Shown here in pieces: positions 48,551 to 60,354 of a stretch of DNA of 64,000 nucleotides. The DNA comes from Octopus bimaculoides (Eukaryota): positions 104,339,960 to 104,403,959 of the forward strand of contig NC_068987.1 in assembly GCF_001194135.2 (NCBI RefSeq). Reading direction: 5' to 3'. Below the pieces are notes generated by a model. It had not been told where the DNA came from. It worked only from the letters and a program-made list of their open reading frames with translations, and ran no database searches. Within the stretch, counting starts at the first letter, position 1. Each line of letters starts with the position of its first letter. Made by a program: the position numbers and the translations under genes.

Positions 48551-48864
48551 CAGGGGTTCTCAACCGCTTTTTAATCTATGGACGCCTTTGATCACTATTT
48601 TATTCTGGTGGATCCCCATAACCTTTCGATATTTAAAGATTTGTCTTAGAAACTTCTTTCAAAATCCCTCTTGTTTTTTGCACATTAACTTGTGAAGGCT
48701 GAATCATGTAAAACGCTAGAGATAGAAACCAATCCGTTTCTTGCAATGCATACATCTGAAGCAAAATTTTTTCAAGGGCATAAAATATTATTGTGGATCC
48801 TTAATTTACTGTTTTGTTATGTGGACCCCAAAAGTCTTACATGGACAGCGGTTGAGAACCACTG
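48551..48864. mobile_element. hAT (Charlie-like) MITE, 314 bp
   Basis: TIRs caggggttctcaacc / (rc) cagtggttctcaacc; 8-bp flanks tcctagat / atctagat, matching the NTCTAGAN target preference of Charlie-type hATs. Confidence 0.85.
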
Positions 48865-48982
48865 ATCTAGATAGACCAAAATTATGGGAAAAGATTGGGT
48901 AAAAATCCGCTCACAAAGAAACCTATCGCGCAAAGAAATTCACGCGCGTGCGCATGCGTGTGATTCCTTGTCTTTACAGAAC

Positions 48983-49212
48983 GTGGTAGTTGTAAACGAG
49001 TGTCACCGTCATGCAAGCAATGTTATTCGTTTCTAAACTTCTGTGAAAACATGTCCAGACATGAGGAAGTATTTATTACCTTGGTTGGAAAGAAACGGGG
49101 GAGGGCTGGCGACAGGAAGAGCATCCGGCCGTGGAAAAATCTGCATCAGTGAACTCCGTCCAACCCATACAAGCATGGAAAAGTGCATGTTAAAACGATG
49201 ATGATGATGGTA
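48983..49212 (+). mobile_element. Family D retroposon fragment with (GAT)n tail
   Basis: ggctggcgacaggaagagcatccggccgtggaaaaatctgc...ccaacccatacaagcatggaaaagtg..gttaaaacgatgatgatgatg. Confidence 0.6.
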
Positions 49213-49830
49213 ATTATAGAGACGTAACTGTGCCTGGTATTTATAGGTATTGTAAGGTAGCAGTTAAGATTTCTACTCACTCAAGCCATGCAAATATATT
49301 GAAAGTAGTAATATAAATGCAAATCTTATCTTATCAATCAAATTTTACTTAGAAAAATTCTACGCATCAAATCACACCTTGAACGCCACCACTACTTAGA
49401 ACCTTAAAACAAAAGACTGATAGTATTTCCATCCTATAAATATTGTCCTTCTCATTCAGTACAGAAGGATCTTAACGAAACACGCAAACAGCGGTAGCGT
49501 CAATAACTTTCTTTACTTCACTACGCAAATCTAATGGGATATAAAGTATGGCAGCTTTTGTGTTGTAACTGAATTAGAATTCATCTTGATCATCTCTGCT
49601 GGGTCTATAAACAGAAAGCGGTGGCTTGCCGGAATAGACCGAGCATTGAAAGAAAAACACGTCGACACTTCAACACTGTATTGCATGCGAGACATCACTT
49701 TGAAACGGAGTGTCTGAACTAGAGAAGAAAGAAGTTGATGGGTGTGGCATATCTGGAGCACTATGTCCATAAACACTATTTAACCACTGAACTGATTATT
49801 AATCACAACTTACGTTTCATAAGTCTGTTT

Positions 49831-50400
49831 GGTGGCTGTGTGGTAAGTAGCTTGCTTACCAACCACATGGTTCCGGGTTCAGTACCACTGCGTGGCACCT
49901 TGGGCAAGTGTTTTCTACTATAGCCTCGGGCCGACCAAAGCCTTGTGAGTGGATTTGGTAGACGGAAACTGAAAGAAGCCCGTCGTATATATGCATATAT
50001 ATATATATATATATANNNNNNNNNNNNNNNNNNNNNNNNNNNNNNNNNNNNNNNNNNNNNNNNNNNNNNNNNNNNNNNNNNNNNNNNNNNNNNNNNNNNN
50101 NNNNNNNNNNNNNNNNNNNNNNNNNNNNNNNNNNNNNNNNNNNNNNNNNNNNNNNNNNNNNNNNNNNNNNNNNNNNNNNNNNNNATATATATGTGTGTGT
50201 GTGTGTGTTTGTCCCCCTAGCATTGCTTGACAACCGATGCTGGTGTGTTTACGCCACCGTCACTTAGCGGTTCGGCAAAAGAGACCGATAGAATAAGTAC
50301 TAGGCTTACAAAGAATAAGTTCCGGGGTCGATTTGCTCGACTAAAGGCGGTGCTTCAGCATGGCCGCAGTCAAATGACTGAAACAAGTAAAAGTGTAAAA
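49831..50400 (+). mobile_element. SINE family B, full length, young; central microsatellite gapped (N 50016-50184)
   Basis: 5' half nearly identical to 53331-53503; complete 3' module. Confidence 0.92.
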
Positions 50401-50950
50401 GTGTGTAGAAAAGAATATGGGATGTTTAACAAAGAAACAAACTCACATCGCTGGAATTTATATAACTTTGGTGAAAAGACACATGCTTACTTTAGAAAAA
50501 TCTTGCCTATTTTGACTGTTCTGCTTACAGAATGTATCTGTAAAGTGCTTATTAACAGGTCGCTTTCTTTGCACGAACCCTTAAGCATTTTGAGACTATT
50601 GTATAGACATTTACCAACAGAGCTTAGTTTACCAATTATGGGTATAAATGTGAACCTATAATCTGGGGTGAGAAGCTACAGGTTTCGAAGCAGCTGTCCG
50701 TACATACTCTCTTTCTCACTGACTATGAAAGAAATATTAACATCTGCAGGACAGCTGATCGCCACAAATTTTGTTCTGTCCTAAACAACTATATCAAGCC
50801 CGTTATGTTACTATTCGCAGAAGTTTTCATGAGAATGTTCCAGCAATATTCCTTATGTATGTATGTATGTATGTACACATGAATCTAAGTATCATGTATG
50901 AACGTAGGTTTGTGCACACGCGTATATGTATGTTTGTATGTATGTATGTA

Positions 50951-51370
50951 CTGTAAATCCTCGAGTATAGTCCGCCCTTGAGTATAATACGCAGGGGATT
51001 TTTAGGGGGCTGAAAAACCTAAACCTTGTGTATAATACGCACCTCTTCTCTAACTTGAGTCAAGGAGGTCTATATAACGTTTTTGGTTTGTAAACGTATA
51101 TACGGTAACGTCCTTTATTATTATTGTATATACAACATAATGCAAACGTGTAGCTTTTTTTGTGCACTTTGTTTGCAGAAAATAAAGAAGTAACAGTAAT
51201 AATATCAGCGAAAAATAAATATTAAGTAAATTACCTTTACATATTTATCACTTAGAAAATTTTGCTTACAAAATACTTTTCATTTTAAACCTCGTATATA
51301 GTACGCACTAGAAATTTTGACCTTTAAATCTTGGGAAAAAAAAGTGCGGATTATACTCGAGGATTTACGG
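50951..51370. mobile_element. pogo/Tigger-like MITE, 420 bp, inserted at TA in (TATG)n
   Basis: TIRs ctgtaaatcctcgagtatagtccgc / (rc) ccgtaaatcctcgagtataatccgc (23/25); internal subterminal repeats gtataatacgca. Confidence 0.88.
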
Positions 51371-51689
51371 TGTGTATGCTTTCGTTAATTGTTTTAAAAC
51401 TCTATTGCTAGCTGTCATAAACACTATCTTGACCCACCCAACTTTTGACCCAGCGGAACATTCTCACCCAGGATGTGGCAACTGGACGGAGAGGGGAATG
51501 CATCAGCAGAAGTTGGCTGACGCTCAGTTTCAGCTAAGTAGCCAGTAGCTTTGTGAAATGATGCATCTTGCTTAAGGACTCAGCACCAAGCCTGATCGAG
51601 GAAACTGAATACAAGACATTATGATTGTAAGCCCAACATCCTACCTACTAGGCTACATGCTTTCACGTTTATATAATTAAATATGAACC

Positions 51690-52000
51690 AGCACGAACCG
51701 CAAGATATATAGAAGGCACCAGAAACATGAAGCGGCCAATATTGAAAGTAATGCAAAGCCCTAATAGCCATTTTTACCACCCAACTTTTTCATTCATTTT
51801 CTTTTTCCAAGCACTACCTCTTCCACTTCTTTTATTGTTCCTTTTCGATTTTTCTTCTGATGAGGGAATTGGCACCCGAAACGTCAATATTCCTTCTCTT
51901 CTTTTTGAACGTTAAACTATACATTTGCTAAAATTTGACCTTTCCGTACTGTCTTCTTTTTGTGCTCATTGCCTTTGATATATATATGTATGTATATGTT
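51690..52000 (+). mobile_element. Probable solo Penelope pLTR
   Basis: Pyrimidine-rich tract containing a hammerhead motif, ending in (TA)n. Confidence 0.5.
51850..51892 (+). ncRNA. Minimal hammerhead ribozyme motif, conserved core intact
   Basis: CTGATGA (51857-63)-GGG aattggca CCC-GAAAC (51878-82)-GTC (51883-85); stem III is the palindromic ACGT; stem I is weak. Confidence 0.55.
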
Positions 52001-52129
52001 TATATATACGTGACTTCGAAAATGAGTACTAAAGTCGATTGTTCCTCCAAAGCAAGTCCGTCGCTAATGGGTGCACTGGATGACACTGCCCCCTCTCTAT
52101 TCAATGGTACACTCTCAAATTTACTCCAC

Positions 52130-52353
52130 TTTAACATTTTTTTTCTACCCTAGGCACAAGGCCCGAAATTTTTGGGGAGGGGTCTAGTCGATTAGATCGA
52201 CCCAAGTACACAGCTGGTACTTAATTTATCGACCCCGAAAGGATGAAAGGCAAAGTCGACCTCGCTGGAATTTGAACTCAGAACGTATAGACAGGCGAAA
52301 TACCGTTAAGCATTTCGCTTGGCGTGCTAATGTTTCTGTCAGCTCGCTGCCTT
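52130..52353 (-). mobile_element. SINE family A, full length, with TSD
   Basis: TSD ttactccac at 52121-52129 and 52352-52360. Confidence 0.9.
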
Positions 52354-53296
52354 ACTCCACAAATTATCACAAATTGGTGTCCTCCCAGAATATTCTGAAG
52401 TCCCCCCAAGCACCAAAGTTTGGCGACGGACCTGCTCTAAAGCCCTTTAAGGGCGCTCCCGCATGGTTGCAGTCCAATGACTGAAAGAAGTGAACGATAA
52501 AAAATAAGATACATTGGGGGGGGGGGGGAGAAAAGATGGCCGGTCACGGGTGGTAATTCTTTGGTTATGAATCTGGAGATTGAAGAGAGACGAAGACAAT
52601 AATAACAACAACAACAACGACCGCAGCAACAACCGCAGCAGCAACGAGTCCTTGTTTTATTGACTTCAGAACGATGAAAGTTAAAGCTGATTCTGTTGAG
52701 ATTTGTCTATCGTTCACCGAGTTCGTTCATTCAACTAACCTGTTGAACAGTGTGACATTAACTGACATTAGCCGACAGCAGCAACAGTTGCAGTGGAAAT
52801 TGGCTCGTAACAAACGAAGTGGCAATAACGACTCCAACACGTTGAGGAAACAACAATAGTTGAGAGAAATTAACGGTGCCTAGATGCTTTCAGTAACAAT
52901 GAATGAATTGCTAGCCAGTATGACGAAGGCTGTAATAGCTAAGTTAGCCAATAAAGAGAGGATCAGAAGTGATGATGACAATGACAATAAAATAGCTAGT
53001 GACAATGATAGCGTCAACAGTGGGGACAATAATAGCAAGAACAATAGCATGAATATATGTAGTTTTATTTATTTATCTATTTATCTATTTATTTATTTAT
53101 TTTGTCTTTACTATTAATTGTTGTAATGTTGCTTATTTAAACACGTAACCCAGAAGTGGAAATGAACAGTAAAAGTAGTAGAGATTCATATCAACAATAA
53201 TTATACAACATAGTACATACATACATACATATACATTTGTGTATATGCATGCATGTATGTTTGCATGTATGTATATATGTATGTATGTATGTACAC

Positions 53297-53330
<34 letters not shown>

Positions 53331-53331
<1 letters not shown>

Positions 53332-53503
53332 GGCGCAGGAGTGGCTGTGTGGTAAGTAGCTTGCTTACCAACCACATGGTTCCGGGTTCAGTCCCACTGC
53401 GTGGCACCTTGGGCAAGTGTCTTCTACTATAGCCTCGGGCCGACCAAAGCCTTGTGAGTGGATTTGGTTGACGGAAACTGAAAGAAGCCCGTCGTATATA
53501 TAT
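53331..53503 (+). mobile_element. SINE family B, 5' half (remainder lost in gap 53504-53947)
   Basis: aggcgcaggagtggctgtgtggtaagtagcttgcttaccaaccacatggttccgggttcagtcccactgcgtggcaccttgggcaag. Confidence 0.92.
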
Positions 53504-54008
53504 NNNNNNNNNNNNNNNNNNNNNNNNNNNNNNNNNNNNNNNNNNNNNNNNNNNNNNNNNNNNNNNNNNNNNNNNNNNNNNNNNNNNNNNNNNNNNNNNN
53601 NNNNNNNNNNNNNNNNNNNNNNNNNNNNNNNNNNNNNNNNNNNNNNNNNNNNNNNNNNNNNNNNNNNNNNNNNNNNNNNNNNNNNNNNNNNNNNNNNNNN
53701 NNNNNNNNNNNNNNNNNNNNNNNNNNNNNNNNNNNNNNNNNNNNNNNNNNNNNNNNNNNNNNNNNNNNNNNNNNNNNNNNNNNNNNNNNNNNNNNNNNNN
53801 NNNNNNNNNNNNNNNNNNNNNNNNNNNNNNNNNNNNNNNNNNNNNNNNNNNNNNNNNNNNNNNNNNNNNNNNNNNNNNNNNNNNNNNNNNNNNNNNNNNN
53901 NNNNNNNNNNNNNNNNNNNNNNNNNNNNNNNNNNNNNNNNNNNNNNNAGTATATATATATATATATATACATGTATGTTTGTATATGCACGTATGTGTAT
54001 GCATGTGC

Positions 54009-54067
<59 letters not shown>

Positions 54068-54139
54068 ATGCATACTTACATATATAAATACATACATAGC
54101 ACAAATATCCTTATGTAGGATGTATGTACATCTGTAACT

Positions 54140-54213
54140 AAACTTCAAACATGATAATGACGACATTGATGCTGTTGATAATGATGATGATGAAGATCAT
54201 GATGATGGCGATG

Positions 54214-54287
<74 letters not shown>

Positions 54288-54323
54288 GGTGGTGAGGATG
54301 ACGACGTTGATGATGATGATGAA

Positions 54324-54386
<63 letters not shown>

Positions 54387-54495
54387 GCCAAAAACTGAAA
54401 GTTTACACAAAAGTCGACTACGGGTAATCCAGGATATGAAAAAAACAACAGTATAAAAGGAAACGAAATGAATGATAATGATTATTGTAATGATG

Positions 54496-54562
<67 letters not shown>

Positions 54563-54610
54563 CAACAACAACAACACCAATAATAATAATAATAATAATA
54601 ATAATAATCC
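54140..54610. repeat. Compound trinucleotide microsatellite: (ATG)n-(GGT)n-(CTA)n...(AAT)n-(AAC)n
   Basis: Direct reading; source of the poly-M/L/N/S artefact ORFs. Confidence 0.97.
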
Positions 54611-55292
54611 TTTCTTTAATAATCGTTCAGTTATTGCGCTATTAAAACTTAAGTTAAAGTGAAATCAATCGTTATTTTTTTTTTATTCCTTTTCAAATTT
54701 GGTTTTTCTGTCTGAAGTAAATAGTCTATAGGTTATAGAACATAGAATTCGAATGTCAATAGTATTGGCGGATAATAAATTGCATGAATAAATACGAATA
54801 AATAAGCGAGCTTAATATTCGGTCAGACCGACTGGATGCCTGATTAAGAGATAAAGCCATAGTTGTTGTTTAAACTAAACTGTCCTGTCAAATACGTGGA
54901 TCTTGGCACACAAACATAAACATAAACACAGATAAATATAAACACACACATACAGACACAAATATAAACACACAGACACACATATATACATACACAAATA
55001 TAAAGACACACACATGCAAGCACACACATACACGTACACGCAGTGTGGGGGCAGACTCTTTAGTGTCGTGTATGTAGCCAAATCTAGGCAGTGAATGTAA
55101 ACCAGTTTATGAATGAAGCCCTGTTATGATTGCAGGTGTGCCTATTGTTAGCATATTATAAAAGCTTCAAATATGTATTAATATGCAAACATATATAGAA
55201 TCCGTGTAAACATATATATAGGTATATACATGCAAACATAAATACATACATACATATATACATACATACATACATATATACATACATACATA

Positions 55293-55581
55293 TCCGGATT
55301 ACAGATTTACGTTTATACCGATCGTAATTGGTGCACTTGGTTTTCTAAGTAAATGCTTGACTGCCAGCCTGGATAAGCTTGGATTTTCAGAAAAAGAAAT
55401 CAACCAACGAACTCGCACATTACAAATACAATCTGTATGCGGAACAGTAAAATTGTGCAAGACTTTTCTCAGATTTAGAATGTGACTTTGTTATCGTTAT
55501 CTACATGCCAAAGATAAAACTTTGTTAGAAAGCAGCTCCTTCTACAAAAAGATGGATTTAAGTAATTAAATACAGAATAGA
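55293..55581 (+). mobile_element. R4/Dong-like LINE 3' end (copy 2) in (CATA)n
   Basis: PDYRFTFIPIVIGALGFLSKCLTASLDKLGFSEKEINQ...QSVCGTVKLCKTFLRFRM*; 3' UTR similar to 43328-43435; (cata)n on both sides. Confidence 0.85.
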
Positions 55582-55610
55582 ACATACATACATACATACA
55601 TGCATGCATC

Positions 55611-56040
55611 AACAAAAACCTGGAAAAATTAGGGTTCTCAAAACCTGAAAGAAAAAGGCTGAATAGAAGACTACAGATTCAAGCCATCAATGGAACTGTA
55701 AAGATATGTAAAACTTTCCCAAAATTTAGCACATAAATGCATATGCATGCATCTAGACATGAAAATATATACATAAAAAGGTATCCATAAAACAAACATA
55801 CAAATCTGCGCATAAATACATATGCATACGTCTAGACATGAAAATATATACATTAAAATGCATCCATTAAACAAACATACAAATCTGCGCATACACCAAC
55901 ACCAAATACTGCACACACACACATATGCACAAATACCTAGATGATGTTGATAAAAGTTCCAATGAAGGAGCCTTGAATCTATGTTAGAGTCCGCCTCTTT
56001 CTCTATTGACAAGAAATACAGAAATGAAACTGATTGATAA
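55611..56040 (+). mobile_element. R4/Dong-like LINE 3' end (copy 3, longer 3' UTR with 79-bp tandem duplication) in (CATA)n
   Basis: NKNLEKLGFSKPERKRLNRRLQIQAINGTVKICKTFPKFST*; UTR units at 55741-55819 and 55820-55893; (cata)n at 56041-56062. Confidence 0.85.
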
Positions 56041-57196
56041 CATACATACATACATACATACATATTATTATTATCATACGTAGGTATATACATTTACAGA
56101 AAACTGCTTCGAAACGAGCCAACCAAAGAATCGAGGCGCTACGTGGTCATCAGACGTGTTAGAAATAAAAGTAAAATCGTTACTAAATTAAACGGTAGTG
56201 CGTTAATAAAGTAGGACTGATATTATTAGATAATATAGTCCAAGATGCTTCTAAAAGTCAGGATGACAAGAATTCCATTTATCATAGGTCTCCTCGACCA
56301 AAGTTGGCTTGGATTTGGTCATCATTTTTTACTTCGTGATATACTGGAAATTAAATATAAAAATCAATTGCCGAAATACAGATTCAAAACTAAAAAGAAC
56401 TTCTAGCGCACTTTGTATAGATAGTTGAAGAAAGCTGTTTCATGTGAAAGCTTCGGAAAAAGACAAACAGTAGCTGAAAACTACTGCTTATCTTTTGTAT
56501 ATAACAACATTAAGTATAACACGCTTTCATGAAACTTCAGCATTGATATGAATAGCTATATATATATATATATATNNNNNNNNNNNNNNNNNNNNNNNNN
56601 NNNNNNNNNNNNNNNNNNNNNNNNTATATATATTTATAAATCCACTGCATGATTAGATAATTCTTGCGACGCACCGTTTGAAAACAACAACAAAAAATGT
56701 TTGGAAATCTACCAATATGTTAAAGTATTTTATAAATAACCACGAACAGTAGCTGTTTTCAGGAAAAAAGAGTAAAAAAAAAGGATGACACGATTTGTGG
56801 GAGCTAGGCTTAATTGGGTAGTAGATTTGATCCATCACCCACTTTAACTCCGTCTTCCGGTACCTTGGGTGCCTTCAGAGGAGTCCGTTCTGGTGCAAAC
56901 ATTCGGGTCAAGTTTTGAAGATGTCTTAGATACCTACCTCCTACCTCCACCAGTCTCAGAGGCACTGTAAACGGCCATAAGTTCTCTCATCATTCTGACT
57001 AAAAATATCAGTAAAAAACAGACGTATTCTGAAAATTTCAGTTTATAAGTGGAATAGATGAAACATGCAAGACTTTTATAAAGTTCAAAACATATGTAAA
57101 AATTTTCTAAGTTAGAAATCCACCCATTCCTTATAAAAAAAATAATAATTCATAGAATTAACAGGAAAGTGAAAACAGATATAATGCAATACCGTA

Positions 57197-57280
57197 TTTG
57201 TGGCGACTCTACGTTCTGAGTTCAAATCGTGACGAAGTTAACTTTGTTTTTCATCCTTTCAGGTTTGATAACTAAAGTAA
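57197..57280 (+). mobile_element. SINE family A fragment
   Basis: ctacgttctgagttcaaatcgtgacgaagttaactttgtttttcatcctttc. Confidence 0.55.
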
Positions 57281-57424
57281 GACCAAGCACGGGAGCATCC
57301 CCTCTTTTCTTCAGCTGTTGCATCTTCAATGCTCCACTGTGTTAAATGTAGGAGCATCGAGAGCATGTCGGTGCCTGCTTGTAACTACATGGATACCTGA
57401 AACCATTGGTGATTCTTAATGGAA

Positions 57425-57645
57425 ATAATCCTTTCTACTAAAGGCACAAGGCCTGAAATTTTGTGGGAAGGGACAAGTCGATTATATCGACCCCAGTGTT
57501 TCACAGATACTTAATTTCTCGACCCCGAAAGAATGAAAGGCAAAGCCGACCTCGGCGGAATTTGAACTCAGAACACGAAGACAGACGACATGCTGCTCAA
57601 CATTTTTTCCCGGGGTGCTAACGATTCCGCCAGCTTGCCGCCATA
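57425..57645 (-). mobile_element. SINE family A, full length
   Basis: Head atggcggcaagctggcggaatcgttagcac; tail aggccttgtgcctttagtagaaaggattat. Confidence 0.9.
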
Positions 57646-57879
57646 GGACAATAAAAACATATATGCAGTGGAACCGTGTCAGGGACTTGATCGCAGCTGG
57701 TGCAATGAAAAAATTGGCATCAAACAATCCATGTTTAAGTGAAGTTAACAGCTTTTGTGTACTTTTGAATAGCTAACATGTGCCTTCCACGCTGTAATAG
57801 TTTTAGTTCGAACACACGGTATCAGATCAAATTACTTGCTACATAAGTACGTCTCTGAAACTTATACATACATATATAT

Positions 57880-58410
57880 ATATGATGGCCGTTCACTCGT
57901 GACCGAGGAAGACCATTACTAACCTTCAGAAACATTGTGCGCTTCAAGACTGACATATATTTTGCCTTTGCGGCTCCGTTGGTGGCTAATGAGCCCTGCT
58001 CTTGACAAGCATACACAACTGCAAACATTGCAAACCAAGCTTTCCCCATTCACTACACCAGCAGTGCGCTTTCGAGCAGCACGCTCAAGTTCTTCATGCT
58101 GGATACGTGCTCTCTCAAAAGTGTCGATCCCCTCCTTAACCTGCTTCCTCTATCTGTGGTGATGACAGGCATTGTTCTCCCAGTCAGTGTCCTGCATATC
58201 ACAGGCCTTTAATGAGGACTTGACACAGTCCTTAAATCGCAGCCTTGGTTTCTGCCGGGGCCTCTTTCCATTCATATGTTCCCCATATAGCATTTGCTTA
58301 GGGATCCTGCTATCCTTCATTCTAATAAGGTGTCCAATGTAACCGGTGCTTGTGCACTATCGCCTCAATACTCAAGATATCAGCTGTCCTCAGGACTTGC
58401 GTGTCTAGAG
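57880..58410 (-). mobile_element. RTE-clade LINE (BovB-like) 3' fragment
   Basis: Minus frames: LIRMKDSRIPKQMLYGE..GKRPRQKPRLRFKDCVKSSLK...WEN.A...RKQVKEG..TFE...CNVCSCVCLSRAGLISHQRS; typical RTE ORF C-terminus with C2H2-like finger. Confidence 0.85.
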
Positions 58411-58414
58411 TTCC

Positions 58415-59710
58415 TTTCGTTCCTTTATTGCGTTTTTAAATTTTGGAATCTATTTTTTTCGAGAATTCTATTTTTGAATCATTTTTGAATCTATTTTGCT
58501 TTTTTTTCTAGTTAATTTCAGTTAATTTTTGTTTATTTTCAGATCATTAAAATGGAATGTCAAGTTAAGAAAAACGAACATTTTCGACACCTCCTTCTTT
58601 TTGTTNNNNNNNNNNNNNNNNNNNNNNNNNNNNNNNNNNNNNNNNNNNNNNNNNNNNNNNNNNNNNNNNNNNNNNNNNNNNNNNNNNNNNNNNNNNNNNN
58701 NNNNNNNNNNNNNNNNNNNNNNNNNNNNNNNNNNNNNNNNNNNNNNNNNNNNNNNNNNNNNNNNNNNNNNNNNNNNNNNNNNNNNNNNNNNNNNNNNNNN
58801 NNNNNNNNNNNNNNNNNNNNNNNNNNACTTTTACGCGAAAATTCTCCTCAAACGACAAGGAAACTGGCAGAGAAAATGGAATACTCCCACACTGCTATAG
58901 AGAAGCATCTTCACTCGATGGGAAAGGTTCACAAGTAAGGAACATGTCTTCCACATGCTTTAAGTGACAACAACAAAAATCAACGAGCCATAATCTCCGC
59001 TAGTTTGCTTGCTCGTCACCGCTCAACTCATGGACACAAGCAACGATTTCTTTACCGAATCGTTACTGGCGACCAAAAATGGTGCCTGTACATCAATATG
59101 AAGCAGCGTAAGGAATGGCTTAGCCCCGGTAAACAAGCGACACCGCGCATGAAACAAGATCTTCATCCGCGTAAAACGATGTTGTGCGTATGGTGGGACT
59201 GTGAAGGGATTATCCGTTACGAATGGCTTGAACGGAACCAAACGGTCAACGCGGAACTCTATGTTCAACAGATGGAACGACTCAACACGGCTATTCAAGA
59301 GAAAAGACCTAATCGGCAGCATGGAGTTCTGCTGCACGACAACGCCTGCCCTCATATCGTCAATATGACCAAGGAAGCCATTCAAACGCATGGTTGGGAA
59401 GTGCTGCCACACCCACCGTACTCTCCTGATTTGGCACCAACGGATTTCCACCTCTTTCGATCTCTTTCAAATGATATGCGCAGAGTTTCGTTCGATACTG
59501 ATGCAGAATTGAGAGTTTAGTTGGATCAATTTTTCGAGTCGAAATCAAGTGATTTCTACCAACGAGGTATTGAAAATCTTGTTGAACGTTGGGAAGAAGT
59601 TGTAAACAACAAGGGTGAATACATTATTGATTAATTAGTTGTTAGTTTTTATTAAACCTTTTAAAAAATTTAAATTTTAAAAAACGGTGGGAACTTAGTT
59701 GCCAACCCAA
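58415..59710 (+). mobile_element. mariner element, right TIR intact, left TIR not recognisable
   Basis: Right end aaaacggtgggaacttagttgccaacccaa|TA (reverse complement ttgggttggcaactaagtt, mariner-type); the left end abuts the RTE fragment. Confidence 0.85.
58552..59634 (+). pseudogene. mariner transposase (DD34D), two in-frame stops, partly gapped
   Basis: MECQVKKNEHFRHLLLF...; IVTGDQKW...HDNACPH...YSPDLAPTDFHLF with exactly 34 residues between the 2nd and 3rd Asp; stops TAA 58936-38 and TAG 59518-20; native stop 59632-34; N gap 58606-58826. Confidence 0.95.
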
Positions 59711-60354
59711 TATTTATATATATATTAGGTTCTTTCTTCATGTCTCTGAAGATAACCAGATTATCAAGCTTTACCCTTTATGGGTCCTAAGGTGGCTTAG
59801 GCCAATTTTAGCATGAAATTCGCGGTTGCAACGGAAGGACGTAACAGCAGTTCTGGGCTCGTTGGGATTCTTGCTTTCTGCACCGCCCTCCTCTCTTTAG
59901 CATTTCTAGTTATATAAGTGTCAGAGCACGAACTGGTGTCTATATGATCAATTAAAGCCATTCAAGTCGGTGACCCAGCGTGACTACATTTTGATCATTA
60001 ATACCAATATTTAATTGCTGTTAGCAAAGTCTCTAACTTAATAGCTTTGTCTGATGAAAGTTTTTAATTCATATTCTGGGACGCCACACTTCACTCGAAT
60101 AAAGAGTTTGTTGGTTTTTAAGATGGTAAATTGTTGTCTCGTTATTTCGAATGGTCGTTTACTGAACGTGTCAAAGAGGGATAATAAGCATTAGAACAAC
60201 GAACAACGATCGATAATCAAGGATGCATTGACGAATGGATTAACAAACGGATTAGCGAATATGGTTTTAAATATATATATATATATATTTTTTAATGGAA
60301 CATCTGATTTTAAGAATAAATATTTTTCGAGAAGACAATTTTAAATTCTAGTAG

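Noticed and set aside
52560-53117. ORFs rich in Q/N/D/S (52674-52859, 52884-53117)
   Set aside because: Decayed trinucleotide low-complexity DNA, with no splice or homology support.
53331-53420. tRNA-like sequences with A/B boxes (also the heads of families A and C)
   Set aside because: They are SINE heads continuing into SINE bodies; no complete cloverleaf or terminator.
56800-56990. GC-richer island with a 58-codon minus-strand open frame (..LRLVEVGGRYLRHLQNL..) and possible splice sites
   Set aside because: No recognisable homology and no partner exons; needs RNA-seq or BLASTX.
57290-57420. Possible LINE RT motif relic (QG..LSxLLFN-like) on the minus strand
   Set aside because: Requires several frameshifts over about 100 nt; too weak to annotate.
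58552-59634. Active or domesticated transposase (SETMAR-like)
   Set aside because: Two in-frame stops, no SET domain or splice acceptor link, and the left TIR is missing.
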